Below, piece by piece: positions 26,721-39,859 of a stretch of DNA of 64,000 bases. Numbering within the stretch: position 1 is the first letter of the stretch; every line of letters starts with the position of its first letter. A program made the position numbers and the translations under genes. Source of the DNA: Octopus sinensis (lineage: Eukaryota); assembly GCF_006345805.1 (NCBI RefSeq), contig NC_043009.1, positions 3,224,001-3,288,000 on the forward strand. Direction: 5' to 3'. Under the pieces are notes generated by a model. It had not been told where the DNA came from. It saw only the letters and a program-made list of their open reading frames with translations, and did not search any database.

Positions 26721-27883
26721 GGTCAATGTGACAATTATACGCTACATACCTTCTTTCCAAGCAAGGCTGTAAACTGCGAAAGTGAGGTAGAACGTTAAAA
26801 CATAGTTCGCAAGCACAACAGAGGTTCAGATCAATTTGTGGCATGCGGCTTTACATTGCTTGTACTAGCTTCGTTACGATGGCAACATGTGTTATATGTG
26901 ATGTACTTTATTGCGTTTTATTACAGCTGTGATCCCCCCACCCAGTTCGTGGCAAAATTGTCTTGCATGAAAAGTCTTTGGTGCAGAAACGTCTCGAGAT
27001 CACTTACATAACGTACATAACTTTTAATGAATGTACATATGTTACATACAGTATTCGAATACAAATGAACTCCACACATTAATACAATCTTTGAAAATAA
27101 TATTCACTAAACAAAAGTTATAATAAATATATTTGTACCACACCGACCTCACCAATTATCGCAGCTCAATGAGTAAGGCAACTAAAATCCAAATAGGTTT
27201 ACAACGACCTTAATTTTAGAAAAATTTAATTGAATTTGGCACTACCTTTATTTTTTATATATCCTGTATTTCCAGCGTTACAGAGATGAACAATTGTAAC
27301 ATGAATTATCATATCTTAAACACAAATCACACGACCATAGACACATCAACCATCCAGCGATAATAACTTTTGCTCCATTTTCTTCAGATCTATTTTAAAA
27401 TATCAACAATTCACGAAAAAGAAATGTTAATTCTTTTACGAACTGTAATAATGCTTAAATGGAACTAAACTCATCGGAAAGTAATTTCTTGCATTTTTAT
27501 TTCTAATTATATTTAGGAGGTGGTCATCGTTCTCTTCTTTATGTATTTCTTTTTAGCTTTTCAATATTTTGGGCAGATTAATACAACTATGTCAAAACTG
27601 TCTCAGCTCACGGAATAAATACCAGCAGGCATTTTGGTTTGCCAAGACTTGCCTATTACAAACACTTATGTATAAATATATGTATGTATATGTATATCTA
27701 TCTATCTCTCTCTCTCTCACTCTCTCTCTTTTTGTCTCTCTCTCTCTCTTTATATATATATATATATACATATATATATGTGTGTGTGTGTGTTACAATG
27801 ATAATGTTGTATACGACTTGAGTTGTCTGCCTTGCCTTAATGTTTATTGTCCTCTTTAACAAGTATACATATGTATGTAGTTG

Positions 27884-27963
<80 letters not shown>

Positions 27964-28451
27964 CGAGAGCGAGAGAGAGAGAGAGATAGTTAGTGAGAAT
28001 GAGGAAGTGTATCTATACACATAAGCATTTGTGCGTTTAGTCATGTGGAGACTAAAAGAAGTTATATGTGATATACGTATGCACGTGTGTTTGAATAAAT
28101 ATTTGTGTATATATATCTGCTCAAAAATGCATAAGAAATGCAAAATGTAGACAAAGACAAAGAGATGCAAGAGAGGGACAGAGAAAGAGAGTAGAATGAG
28201 GAGAGATGCAATTGAAGTGAAAAGGGGAGAGAAAGATACAAAAAGAGTCTTTTCAAACACTTAAAACGCTTAAATGTTAAATGAAATAACGGACAGGAAA
28301 ATAATTATGGAAATTGAATAAGGTAAAGGGAATATATACATATATGTTTGTGTGCTTATATATATCTATATACACGATTATATTTATGTATATGTATGCA
28401 TGTATATATATATATATATATAAATGTAATTATGTATATGTATGCATGTAT

Positions 28452-28489
<38 letters not shown>

Positions 28490-28561
28490 ATGTGTCTATT
28501 TATACATATGTGTACATATATATGTATATATATATACTATATATATGTATGTATGTGTGTA

Positions 28562-28592
<31 letters not shown>

Positions 28593-28651
28593 ATATGTAT
28601 ATATGTATGTATATATAAATGTATATATAATATATATACGTATATATAATG

Positions 28652-28715
<64 letters not shown>

Positions 28716-29079
28716 ACTGCAGCAATCAGCCCTACCGACGACAACAACAACAACAACAACACAAACAATAACAACAGCAACTACAAAAAAGTAAAGGAAC
28801 AACACCATAATATCTATTAAATGGAAATTGAACAGCTTAATGACGACGGCAATAGTCTGAGTTGAAGAGACGCTTTCTAAATAGCTTTGCCAAAATCATC
28901 GAAGCATAACGAACGGCAACACTTAGCTGTCGTTACAGTTGACTTATTATAATGTCTAGCATTGACGACGTATTAAGCATAATTGGTGATCATTTGTAGT
29001 TGTACGTTAAAATTGAGTGTAATATATACATATATATATATACATATATATATATGCATATATATATATATTATATATA

Positions 29080-29123
<44 letters not shown>

Positions 29124-29152
29124 GTGTATATATATATATTATATATATATTA

Positions 29153-29194
<42 letters not shown>

Positions 29195-29469
29195 TATATT
29201 ATATATATATATATTATATATATATACATATATATATATATCATAGGTACATATATATTTATGTATATATGTATGCATGTATATATTACGTTTTCATATT
29301 TAGAATTTAGATTTTTATAATTGAATACGATTCAAGAAGCAATATATAAATGCACCTATATTTATATATATATAGCGTGTACATTAACAGCCGGGTGCGT
29401 AAACGTATTCACACATATATACGTATGCATATTCTTCTATTGATTAATATATATACATATATATATATA

Positions 29470-29504
<35 letters not shown>

Positions 29505-29553
29505 GTACTCATTCATGCATATGTATATATAAATATAAGTACTTATATATATA

Positions 29554-29605
<52 letters not shown>

Positions 29606-31199
29606 GCTCACACACATGCATATGTACAGGCGGATCTATCGATGTTTTTATGTCAGTGTGTGTTTATCTCTCTCTCTCTCTCTCTCTCTCTATTTATCTA
29701 TCTATCTATATACTTATATGCATGCATGCATACATACATAAATATTGATGCATCTATGTAAATTATGACATACTCTCGCATTCAGGAATATACTAGTAGA
29801 TACATTATGGAAGAGGATTTGCGAAAAATTGACTCAAGGCCAAGAAGGATCCTTGTACACATTGCGTAGACGCGCCAGTCCCTCTTGTCTCTCCTTTTCG
29901 TGTAGATAGGAAAGTGCCTTACATTTTCTCGTAAATCTTGCCTTAGATATAAAAATTGTTATTTCTCAAAGAAAACACTCATAGTTTAAATTGTATGCGT
30001 TACGAAATCAAAGATGCCCGATGCATCATCACGAGAAATATACTATCCAGTATGAAAATATATTTTACTTTGTGGAAGAAAAGTGTATAACAACGGAAGA
30101 ATTGATCCTAATAGAACGATTGAAAATGACACGATCTTAGGAAAGTAAAAAACCACCAGGTTTGTGAGGAATCGTAAAAGAAAAAAAAAGCTAATTAAAG
30201 AATTATATATATACATGGATGAGTTACTAACGAAAGTGTACGTTGAAAATATAACATATATAGACGACTTCATATACTACATAGCTTTTGTGTTGGTGTT
30301 AAATAACAAATAACATAAAAATGACAGATATTAGCATATATTAACGACTTCATATAATGAAGGCGTCTCTGGATATTGTTGGTGTTAAAGAGTCAAGTAA
30401 ATGCCAGGGATATAGTCCTGTGGGGTAATGGAGATTCTAGACTCAATAGAGACCTCTGAAGGATAAATGCAAGAAGTCTAGAAAGGATTGATACAATAAC
30501 TGTAAATGAAAATGGTGAAAGAAAAGACAGAGATTCCACAATTATTTTCTTGTCCGTTATTTTATGTAACATACAAACGGTTTTAAGTGTTTGGAAAAAC
30601 GCTTTTTGTATCATTTTCTCCCTTTTTCCTTCCATTACCTCCCCACTCAGCTTCGATCTCCAAAACTTGATAAAAAGTAGACATAAATGTTTACAGGGGG
30701 CTAAAGCGGGGATGAGACAAAAATATCAAAGCAATGTCAGGTGAAAATAGCGATACTAACAAAAAATAAACACATATCAGACAGATACTTCGGAAAGACG
30801 AATGGAAATGTTACCAACAGTTTAAGACATATAAAAGATCATCAGAGTAATGATGTTCCGAATGATGAAACAGCACTAAGTTAGGGCATTTATATGAAGC
30901 AAAGAGATTCAACACGGCATGGAAGCTGACTAGTTGTAGAAATATAAATCTGAAACAGAAAGTGGTTGAAAACAGGTGAATTAGAAAGATGCTCGTCCTG
31001 CACGACACAAAGAAATGAGAGACGTAAAGGATTGGTAAACGTAGTATTGTGATATCGGATTGAATAAAGAAGGCTATGTCTAAAAATATTCAAGAAAATC
31101 ACTGAAAGAGCTGTATTCAGGAAGAATGTGTCGTTCATTCAGAAAGAATGAACGACACGTATAAATGCAAATCCATCAAACTTGCATTAGTATGAAAAA

Positions 31200-31345
31200 G
31201 GTATCGAGCTGGTAGAATCGATACAGTACTGCACGAATTGGTTAGCGGCATTTCTTCCAGTTCTAAGATTTGAGTTCAAATTCCCCTCAATTCTCATTTT
31301 TCTTGCTTATTTTCTGTATCAATAACATCAGTACTAGTTGAGTAC
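31200..31345 (+). mobile_element. Old SINE family B copy
   Basis: gagctggtagaatcg...ttagcggcatttc...tttgagttcaaattcc...agtactggggccgat. Confidence 0.6.
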
Positions 31346-31349
31346 TGGG

Positions 31350-31572
31350 GCCGATATACTTTTCTACTCTAGGCACAAGGCCAGAAAATTTTTAGGACGG
31401 GGCCAGGCGATTAGATCTACCCCGGTAAGCAACTGATACTTAATTTATCGACCTCAAAAGGATGAAAGACAAAGTCCATCGCGGCAGAATTTGAACTCAG
31501 ACCGTAATGACAGACGAAATACCGCTAAGCATTTCGCCCGGCGTGCTATCGATTCTGCCAGCTCGGCGCCTT
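31350..31572 (-). mobile_element. SINE family B copy (alternative tail)
   Basis: Head ...taagcatttcgcccggcgtgctatcgattctgccagctcggcgcctt, with tail tctaggcacaaggcc.... Confidence 0.8.
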
Positions 31573-31580
31573 AATATTAT

Positions 31581-31803
31581 ATTTCATTGCCCACAAGAGG
31601 CTAAACATAGAGGGGACAAACAAAGACAGACAAACGGATTAAGCCGATTATATCGTTCAGTGCGTAACTGGTACTTATTTAATCGACCCCGAGAGGATGA
31701 AAGGCAAAGTCGACCTCGGCGGTATTTGAACTCAGAACGTAGCGGCAGACGAAATACCACTAAGCATTTCGCCCGGCGCGCTAACGACTCTACCAGCTCG
31801 CCC
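31581..31803 (-). mobile_element. SINE family B, full length
   Basis: Collinear with 34200-34416 and the reverse complement of 62251-62491. tRNA-like head with box B gagttcaaa. Confidence 0.9.
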
Positions 31804-32037
31804 CTGGGTTCGATACAATCGACTACCTCCTCGTCATCAATTTTGTGTCTTAAGCCTATGATAGACAGAATTATTTTCATTATCAATTAATACTCACAGG
31901 TATAATCATTAGATCAAATTATAAAACATTATAGTATTTATTTACATAATTTACCTGTGTCCTCCTCTTGTTTGTTGTTACCACAATATTTCGTCTGATT
32001 TACTCTCCAACCTTCATCAGGTTCAAAATTCTACCAG

Positions 32038-32083
32038 GACACCTGATGAAGGCTGGAGAGTAAATCAGCCGAAACGTTGTGGT
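32038..32083 (+). ncRNA. Minimal type I hammerhead ribozyme motif in a Penelope-like repeat
   Basis: gacac-CTGATGA-a-ggctg(gagagtaaat)cagcc-GAAA-CG-TT-gtgg: intact core, 5-bp stem II, palindromic ACGU stem III, GUU triplet, stem I with one mismatch. Confidence 0.55.
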
Positions 32084-32479
32084 AACAACAAATCAGATGA
32101 GGGCACATATGTGTCCAAGGTAAATAATGTAAATAATGTACAGAATTCCTCCTCTCAAAAATACAGAACAGTATTGTGATATTTAGTTAGAAACTAGTTT
32201 GAGATGTGTTTAGCCTTTCTTCCATTCATCATACTGGCATTAATGGAAGCAACCACAGATTTCCGTCGAAAAGTTTATCTCTGTTCATATACCGGAAATA
32301 AAAATTCATTAGTATTTCTTTTTTTCTAATGACAAATCCTTAAGCCCAGCCATGATGGGGGGTGGGGCCCAACATTCAATAATTTTTATGAATGATGTTA
32401 TTCCCATTACTTAACCTAGTTATCCTTTTGTCGGTCTCTATTTATCCAATTGCTTATTTTATCAGTTACATCACATTAG

Positions 32480-32695
32480 ATACTCTTTTACTCTTTTAAT
32501 CTTTTACTTGTTTCAGTCATTTCACTGTGGCCATGCTGGAGCACCGCCTTTAGTCCAGCAAATCAAGCTTAGTACTTATTCTATCGGCCTCTTTTGCAGA
32601 ACCACTAAGTTACGGAGACGTAAACACACCAGCTTCGGTTGTCAAGCGATGTTGGGGGGACACAGACACAAACATGCACACACACACACACACAC
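32480..32695 (-). mobile_element. SINE family A 3' half
   Basis: (ctctttta)n tail, cttgtttcagtcat...ggagcaccgcctttagtc...gtcaagcgatgttggggg. Confidence 0.85.
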
Positions 32696-32934
32696 ATAAA
32701 ATTTGGAATCAAAAAGGAATACGGTTGGACATTTATTTTCAATCACTGCAATTGTTTCTACGCAACCCAGTTCTCTAGGCATGCATAATCAAATACGTAC
32801 TCGCCTGCAGAACTACGTTGCGCCGAAACAATTGTAGTGATTGAAAATAAATATCCAACCGTACTTCCTGTTGTTGACTATTTTTTTCAATTATCCATTC
32901 ACATACGACAGATGCCCAATGCAAAACCTACCCC

Positions 32935-33060
32935 CTCTCTTTCTTCTCTCTCACTTTTCTCTTTCTGTCTCTTCTCTCTTTCTTCTCTTTCTCTCTCTTC
33001 TCTCTCTCTCTTTTCTCTTCCTCTCTCTCTATTTCTCTCTCTTTTTCTCTCTCTATCTCC

Positions 33061-33082
<22 letters not shown>
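32935..33082. repeat. Polypyrimidine (CT/CTT) tract
   Basis: About 150 bp almost purely C/T on the plus strand. Confidence 0.95.
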
Positions 33083-33100
<18 letters not shown>

Positions 33101-33142
33101 GGGAGGGTATATGTGTGTAGCTGCATACATATATGTATTTAC

Positions 33143-33333
33143 GAATATACATATGCTAGTGGCGTAACAACTTTTTCTGTCTTCATAATCTTCTTCAGAA
33201 GCGTTTGGTAATCCGTCGGCCATATTTTTGCCTATTATATTTTCTGCTTTCTGAGAAAGATTAGAGAATCCTGAAAGCACCGATGCGCCTGAATCACAAT
33301 TTTTCATTGAGTATTTAATATCAATAGTGGCAT
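33143..33333 (-). CDS. Candidate internal coding exon of unidentified gene (DATIDIKYSMKNC...EEDYEDRKSCYATSICIF)
   Basis: Strong acceptor ttttatttgtatattttag, 63 open codons, donor TTC|gtaaat, phase 1 to 0, which is compatible with the phase-0 candidate at 24325. Confidence 0.4.
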
Positions 33334-33872
33334 CTAAAATATACAAATAAAAGGGACATCGAGAAAAGCTTGAATATTAGATTGTATTTTAAATTTTAAT
33401 TTTGTAAAAGGTAAAAGACACTAATATATCTCAGTGTATTTATTCGTGCAACCACAATTCTAGATGACAAAGAAACCGAAAATCAGAGAGGAGAGCAATT
33501 ACAGTATAAGATGACATGGAGGAAAAGCGTTCGAAATGTAATGTGAGAGGAATAACTGATTAAGACTTAAACTAGAGAAAAGTGTTTCAACGTTGGATGT
33601 TGATGGCGAGTAAGAGAAAATTAGCAGAATTACAGAATAGGAGAAAATATTTTAGATATGCTCTGAAGGTCAAAGTAATCAATGGGGGTAGACAGAGTAG
33701 AATGAGTGCAACGTGTGGAGAGTGAAGGTGAAAATGTGAGTGAGAGAAAGAGAAAGAAAGAGACAGACAGAGATGAGGAAGAAGAAAGAGAAATATTTGT
33801 AGCAATGATTTAGTCGTTTGTCTGTGCTGTAAACAGATTGAACTAGCTAGCTAGCTAGATAGATAGATATCT

Positions 33873-33936
<64 letters not shown>

Positions 33937-33951
33937 TATATAATATATATA

Positions 33952-34003
<52 letters not shown>

Positions 34004-34034
34004 GCACACACACGCACACACATACACATATATA

Positions 34035-34109
<75 letters not shown>

Positions 34110-34145
34110 CATATGCACACACGCACACACATACACATATATATA

Positions 34146-34191
<46 letters not shown>

Positions 34192-34199
34192 TATATATA

Positions 34200-34415
34200 T
34201 TTCTTTATTACCCACAAGGGGCTAAGCATATAGGGGACAAACAATGACAGACAAAGGGATTAAGTCGATTACATCGACCCCAGTGCGTAACTGGTACTTA
34301 ATTTATCGACCTCGAAAAGATGAAAGGCAAAGTCGACCTCGGCGGAATTTGAACTCAGAACGTAACGGCAGACGAAATACGTCTTCGCACTTCGCCCGGC
34401 GTGCTAACGATTCTG

Positions 34416-34416
<1 letters not shown>
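34200..34416 (-). mobile_element. SINE family B, near full length
   Basis: ttctttattacccacaagggg...aaagtcgacctcggcggaatttgaactcag...cgcccggcgtgctaacgattctgc. Confidence 0.9.
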
Positions 34417-34447
<31 letters not shown>

Positions 34448-34594
34448 CGAGAAAGAGAGTAGCAAAGAGTGTCAGCAAAAAAAGAAAGAACACATGGGGT
34501 ACAAGAGAAGTAGTGCAAATGTGTATGAAATATTGTGAGAAAAAGATGAGAATACCAACGCATTAGAATCACAACACTCCTCTGTCAATAACGC

Positions 34595-34629
<35 letters not shown>

Positions 34630-35249
34630 AGTATGTATATAATGTAAGTATGTACATGTGTGTATATGAGTGTGTGCGTGTGTATGTATGTGAGTGTGTA
34701 TGTGCGTGTTTGTGTGTGTGTATGAGTGCATGTGTGTATAAGTATTTTATATATATATATATACATAGATATGTACACACAGAGGGTAGCATGAAGATAG
34801 GCAAAAATACACATATATACACGTAGAGAAATAGAGAAAAGGGGGGGGGGGATAAACAGACAGAAAGTGAGAAAGAGAGAGAGAGAGAGAGTGACATAGA
34901 GAGGGAATCAGAGACAAGCCTAAATTGAACAGGTGAGTGGGACAGGAGGTGAAACGCCTACAGAGACAATCAGAAGACGATAAATTTCCCAGTTGTCTCA
35001 CAACATGACGTTTATGATGTTAATTAGGCGGGAGATAATGAACTATTATTAACACCACCAAGACAACAACAACAACAGCTACAACAACAACAAGAACGAC
35101 GGTAATGACGGCGAGGACGACGTCGACGAATTCAGCATTAACAACAACAATAACAAGAACTAAAACTGCAACAATTGCCTGTACAGGTTTACTGTCAGTA
35201 CTATTAATAGTGTTACAGAATATAGTGAGACCATATATTAGTGACATAA

Positions 35250-35560
35250 TGGAATATATTTTGGTAGAGAACTGTAGCGAATCGAAGCAATGCTCAGTTC
35301 TTTTCGAAGTGTATCAGACCAATTACTGGGGTTCCGCGGGACAAGTATGGATGCTTCCTTTACAGGGTGGTGCTCGCAGGGATCAGACAGTTGCTGCCGT
35401 TTTTGCCAGATCTTCTTGCTAACTTTCGGTAAATCTCCATGAAAGCATTCCTTTGTGATATGTTGCGGCCATTTCTTATTTAGGGCCATTCGTAGCATCC
35501 TTGTGTAGCATCCATTTAGCCGGTTAGTTAATTTTTCTTTTCCTTTTTTTATGATATGAG
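35250..35560 (-). mobile_element. Older RTE-like LINE 3' fragment
   Basis: NRLNGCYTRMLRMALNKKWPQHITKECFHGDLPKVSKKI aligns by eye with LDGTYTRLLMRAQNLSWKRHPTKMQIYGKLPPVS of the 21791-22409 LINE. Confidence 0.7.
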
Positions 35561-35748
35561 ATGTATCAGATCGATCAGTAATTCGCTGTCGGCAATTCCT
35601 TGCCCTTTTTTTAAAAAAGAAAATGGGTCAATTGAGTGGGATAGGAAACTATGAAGAACCTAGCCAATGTCCTTTGATTTCCAGGGTATAGCTAACGGGA
35701 ATTCTAGTTGATGGCTCCACTCCCTCTGTATTCCAAAGGAGAACCTAC

Positions 35749-35907
35749 CGTGACCTGCATTTTATTTATATCTGCTATGAATTCCGGGGCGTTAAATGAT
35801 ATATCAGTTGGATGTGCTGGGGACTTGTTGAGATGGTTTTCAGCTCCACTATCCACGGCGCTGTCTTCATCAATCAAATTTCCAATGCATGAGACAGTGG
35901 CATTATA
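35749..35907 (-). CDS. Candidate internal coding exon of unidentified gene (YNATVSCIGNLIDED...DINKMQVT)
   Basis: Acceptor ttctaaattatag and donor ACG|gtaggt. 159 nt is exactly 53 open codons, and the segment is GC-richer than its flanks. Confidence 0.45.
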
Positions 35908-36904
35908 CTATAATTTAGAAATGTGTTGGACATATCTTATATATTCCACAGTATCATTTGGAACACAAATGCAATATTCACAAATTATAATAATAAACAC
36001 ACTACTGTTGGTTGCTATTTCCAATTCGCAATTTGTTTTTACTACAGAAGGAATTCATAAGGAAGTTTGATAAGTTAAATTGTCACAAACAGTGAATCAG
36101 AGAATATTCTAACGTTTCGCGCTCTTAACCTTCGCCTAAGTGTGGCAATGTTGTAGAATGTTTAGTCACAAGATTGCGAAGATAGAGATGAATTGGGAAA
36201 AGAATTTGATATAGTGAATGAGAAAGCATGTGTGGAAGACGGATGGAGCAAGTGATGTACGGGTTGATAGATAACAGGGTGTAACAAAAGAGAGGGGGAC
36301 TAATTGGAGGGAGGCAATGAATGCTAATGTCTGTATCAGGATCGAGATCAAGGATAATTACAAGCAGGGGTAAGTGGCAGGTCAAGTGAAAATTTCGAAC
36401 AGTAGCAGAGACAACAGATATACAAAGAGAACCATTAGTCTCTCTCCTCTCTCTCTCTTTCTCTATCTGTGCTCCCTTACTCTCTCCCACTCACACATAT
36501 ATAAATACACACAGAAACACACACATACACACGTATGTCGACATAAACACACACAAACACAGCAATATACACAAAGTAAGTAGCACACAGACGAAAGAAG
36601 ACAACGCGGCAGTATATAAATGCATTTATTGAGTTACGAACCGATCCATTATACATTAAATAGACTTAATATATACTCTATGTATTATGTGTATCGAAAA
36701 TTGTAAAACTCAAAGTTTTAGAAATTCACTAAGAATGTTAAATGATATATGTCTGGCCTTTATACTTCAGGTAGTAACCTCAGAGCCAATTCAGATAAAC
36801 GATAAGGTTACAGAATAGTGAAATACATGAGACAATACAGTTTCATCTGTGTAATGTGTATTTACTCAAGGCAATGAGATCTCACGGAGAGTTTGTACGT
36901 GTGT

Positions 36905-36947
<43 letters not shown>

Positions 36948-37099
36948 TCCGTACGTGTGTGCGTTTCTGTGTTCATGTTCATATATATATGGTCGCAGGT
37001 ATGTTTCACTTCTTGTCACAATGGCATTTTTTTTTTGATTTTGGAGAAAATATAGTTAAGAGAAATATTGTAGAAGTCTGTCGAGTATACAAACACCCC

Positions 37100-37147
<48 letters not shown>

Positions 37148-37604
37148 ATACACACACAAATGCACACGCATGTATGAGGTCGAAGTCTGGTCAATCATTG
37201 TGCTGACGTTGGTGGTTATTCGGCTAGAAATGTCGTCACCTCTCCCAACTAATAATCCAGGCGTTTTCTTTCACGGTGTGTCAAGCATGAACAATTCCTG
37301 ACTCTTGATATTCTCTCCCTGCCTCGAACGGACCTGGTCCTACCATTCAGTGATTATAACACATGCACCCGTGTCGGAGAAAAATTTAATAAGTTGAACA
37401 TTTCTTTTGTATGGTATTTTGATATTTTCCTATATGTCTACGGTGTTGAGATATATGTCATGGGTCATTTTAAGTTATTTCTCATCTGTGTGTGTACAAA
37501 TATTTATATCCATGTGTGTGTATGTGTATACACACATAAACATACACACATACACACACACACACATACACACATACACACACACATATATATATTCTTT
37601 GCTT

Positions 37605-37789
37605 CTTTTATTCTTTTATTTGTTTCGGTCATTTGACAGCGGCGATGCTGGAGCACCGCCTTTAGTGGAACAAATCGACCCGAAGAATTATACTATCGGT
37701 CACATTTGCCAAGCCGCTATGTTACGGGGACGTAAACACACCAACATCATCTGTTGTCAATCGAGTGAGGGTGGAAAAACACAGACATA

Positions 37790-37830
<41 letters not shown>
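37605..37830 (-). mobile_element. SINE family A 3' half
   Basis: tgtttcggtcatttgacagcggcgatgctggagcaccgcctttag...gttacggggacgtaaacacacc. Confidence 0.85.
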
Positions 37831-37865
<35 letters not shown>

Positions 37866-38732
37866 CCTTAGTTTTGCAAGATTCCTGATGTGAAATCATG
37901 TGTTGAAACAGATATTGTATTTTGGGATGGTGATTTTGTTTATTTGCTGCTAAAAACTGTGACATCCACACAAACTTACACACATACATGCACACACGCG
38001 CGCGTGTACACATACACACGGACGCACACACACACACAAAGAAGGACACAGACGCATGCACACCTAAGGATGTACATCTTAGAAGAACATAATATAGTAA
38101 GTGGAGTAAGAGCACACACGGAAACGAAAAGTATCACTGAAGAGATCGCAGATGTGTGACGAAAGATTTCCAGACAATGAGCATGAGTTCAAATAATAAA
38201 ATAAGAACAGAAATAAACGGGTGAGGAAAAGATGTATAGTGCGTGTGTTTATTCTGCAAAGAAAGATAAATAAATAAACAAAATGAACATCTTTAAATAC
38301 AACAATATATATGTATGTAATTGAGGTTCAGTTGAATTAAGTAATTAAATTGAAGCACGAAGTCAGTGCGGTAGTTTCATTTTAAGGATCCTTATTTACC
38401 CATCCATTATGATATTTCGACTGTTGTCCATTGATTCAAATACGTTTCAGCATTGAGGCTCTAGCCTTTTTCAACAATCACATATGATTCGTCTCAAAGA
38501 CTCAACCTTTAAATATGACTTTCGCTTCCACTCGCGAAAGCTGTACGTATCTTTCACAAGACTCCATAGCAATTTCATTTTATGCGGCATTCGCTTTTAC
38601 TTTATGCGCAGGCTATGTGGGAAGACAGAGTAAAGGGGCTTTTGTTAGCTTATAATAGAATCGATAATCACTTGGTACACTAAAACCCATTTTCCTTTTC
38701 CAGATAAAACAAGCATGCTACGTTAAAAGAGA

Positions 38733-39440
38733 GTGCACATTGACAGAAAATCTTCTGCAGCGGCAAGGTGGCAGTGCCGGCAGGCTAAGGTAACTAAGGA
38801 CCAGAGATCCTGTAGACTGTTGAAAAGATCTACTGCTGTTACAGCTGCAACTATTCCAGAGCAGCGTGAAATCTATCGAATGCGTGTTGCTACAATAAGG
38901 GTCGCAGAAACCCACAAAATTGTTGCTATCCATCGGATAGTAACGCTGCATCCACTTCTGCCGCGAGGTTAGTAGGTTACGATAACCATTAGAGGATGAG
39001 ACTTCAGTCTAATGTTCACCGGAAGGCTCCTGCCCATGGTGATTGGAAGCCATGGAGTTGTCGATGGGCATCAAAGACGCTCAACTATGAACCTGCCGAG
39101 GATTACGCCACTCATAGAAAGACAGTTACGGCGGATGTGTTTGTAATATGTCCATTTTGCAAGACCCTCAAGTTGGTTGGAATATCTAGTGGCCTATGCT
39201 GCTCAAACGAAAAGGTTCGTTTGTCTAGTCTGCAAAACACTCCTCAGCCTTTGCTGTCTTTACTCCATAGTCAACACCCTGATTCGCAACAATTTATACA
39301 GGAAATTCGTGCTTATAACTTCGCCTTCCAGATGACAAGTTTCGGTCACAAACCAATTCATGAAGACTCCTGTATGACAACGTTCAAAATTCTTGGCCAA
39401 ATCCATCATCGGATAGGCTCTATTCTTCTTGTCAATAACG
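38733..39440 (+). mobile_element. Helitron Rep/helicase N-terminal fragment
   Basis: LNYEPAEDYATHR...ICPFCKTLKL...GLCCSNEKVRL...IRAYNFAFQMTSFG...TTFKILGQIHHRIGSIL matches the Helitron N-terminal pattern (C..C.ALK....GMCC..GKV.L...IR.YNS.FQMTSFG...TFK.QGQ.YH..GSLLP). The upstream ORF resembles the ETPEQR-type repeats. Confidence 0.85.
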
Positions 39441-39751
39441 CTGAACACGGAGAGATACCACTGAGCAAACGGCTCGCTGAGCTCAGGTGGCCCCTGGAAC
39501 AAAATGAAAAACATACCAGCAAAGAAGGAGTGACGCTAGATCTGTGAGATCTTGCATAATTTCACACGTTCTTATTACTAACTGTATTGTTTTTTCCTAG
39601 GTAATCTAACATCTAACGGTTCAAATATTTCAAAAGTAACTAGTATCGACTTCTCTTGGAAATGAACAAAATTTGCATCATGGTGTAAAGGACGGGTGCG
39701 TTTGATAGTATACATACATGCATACATGTGGTGCATGTGTTTGTTTGTGTT

Positions 39752-39782
<31 letters not shown>

Positions 39783-39859
39783 ACCAGAGCGAGGATTACA
39801 TCGAGAGGTAAAATGTTAAAAAGTTGGGAGGATATTTTATTTTTATTAAATGACGTAGG

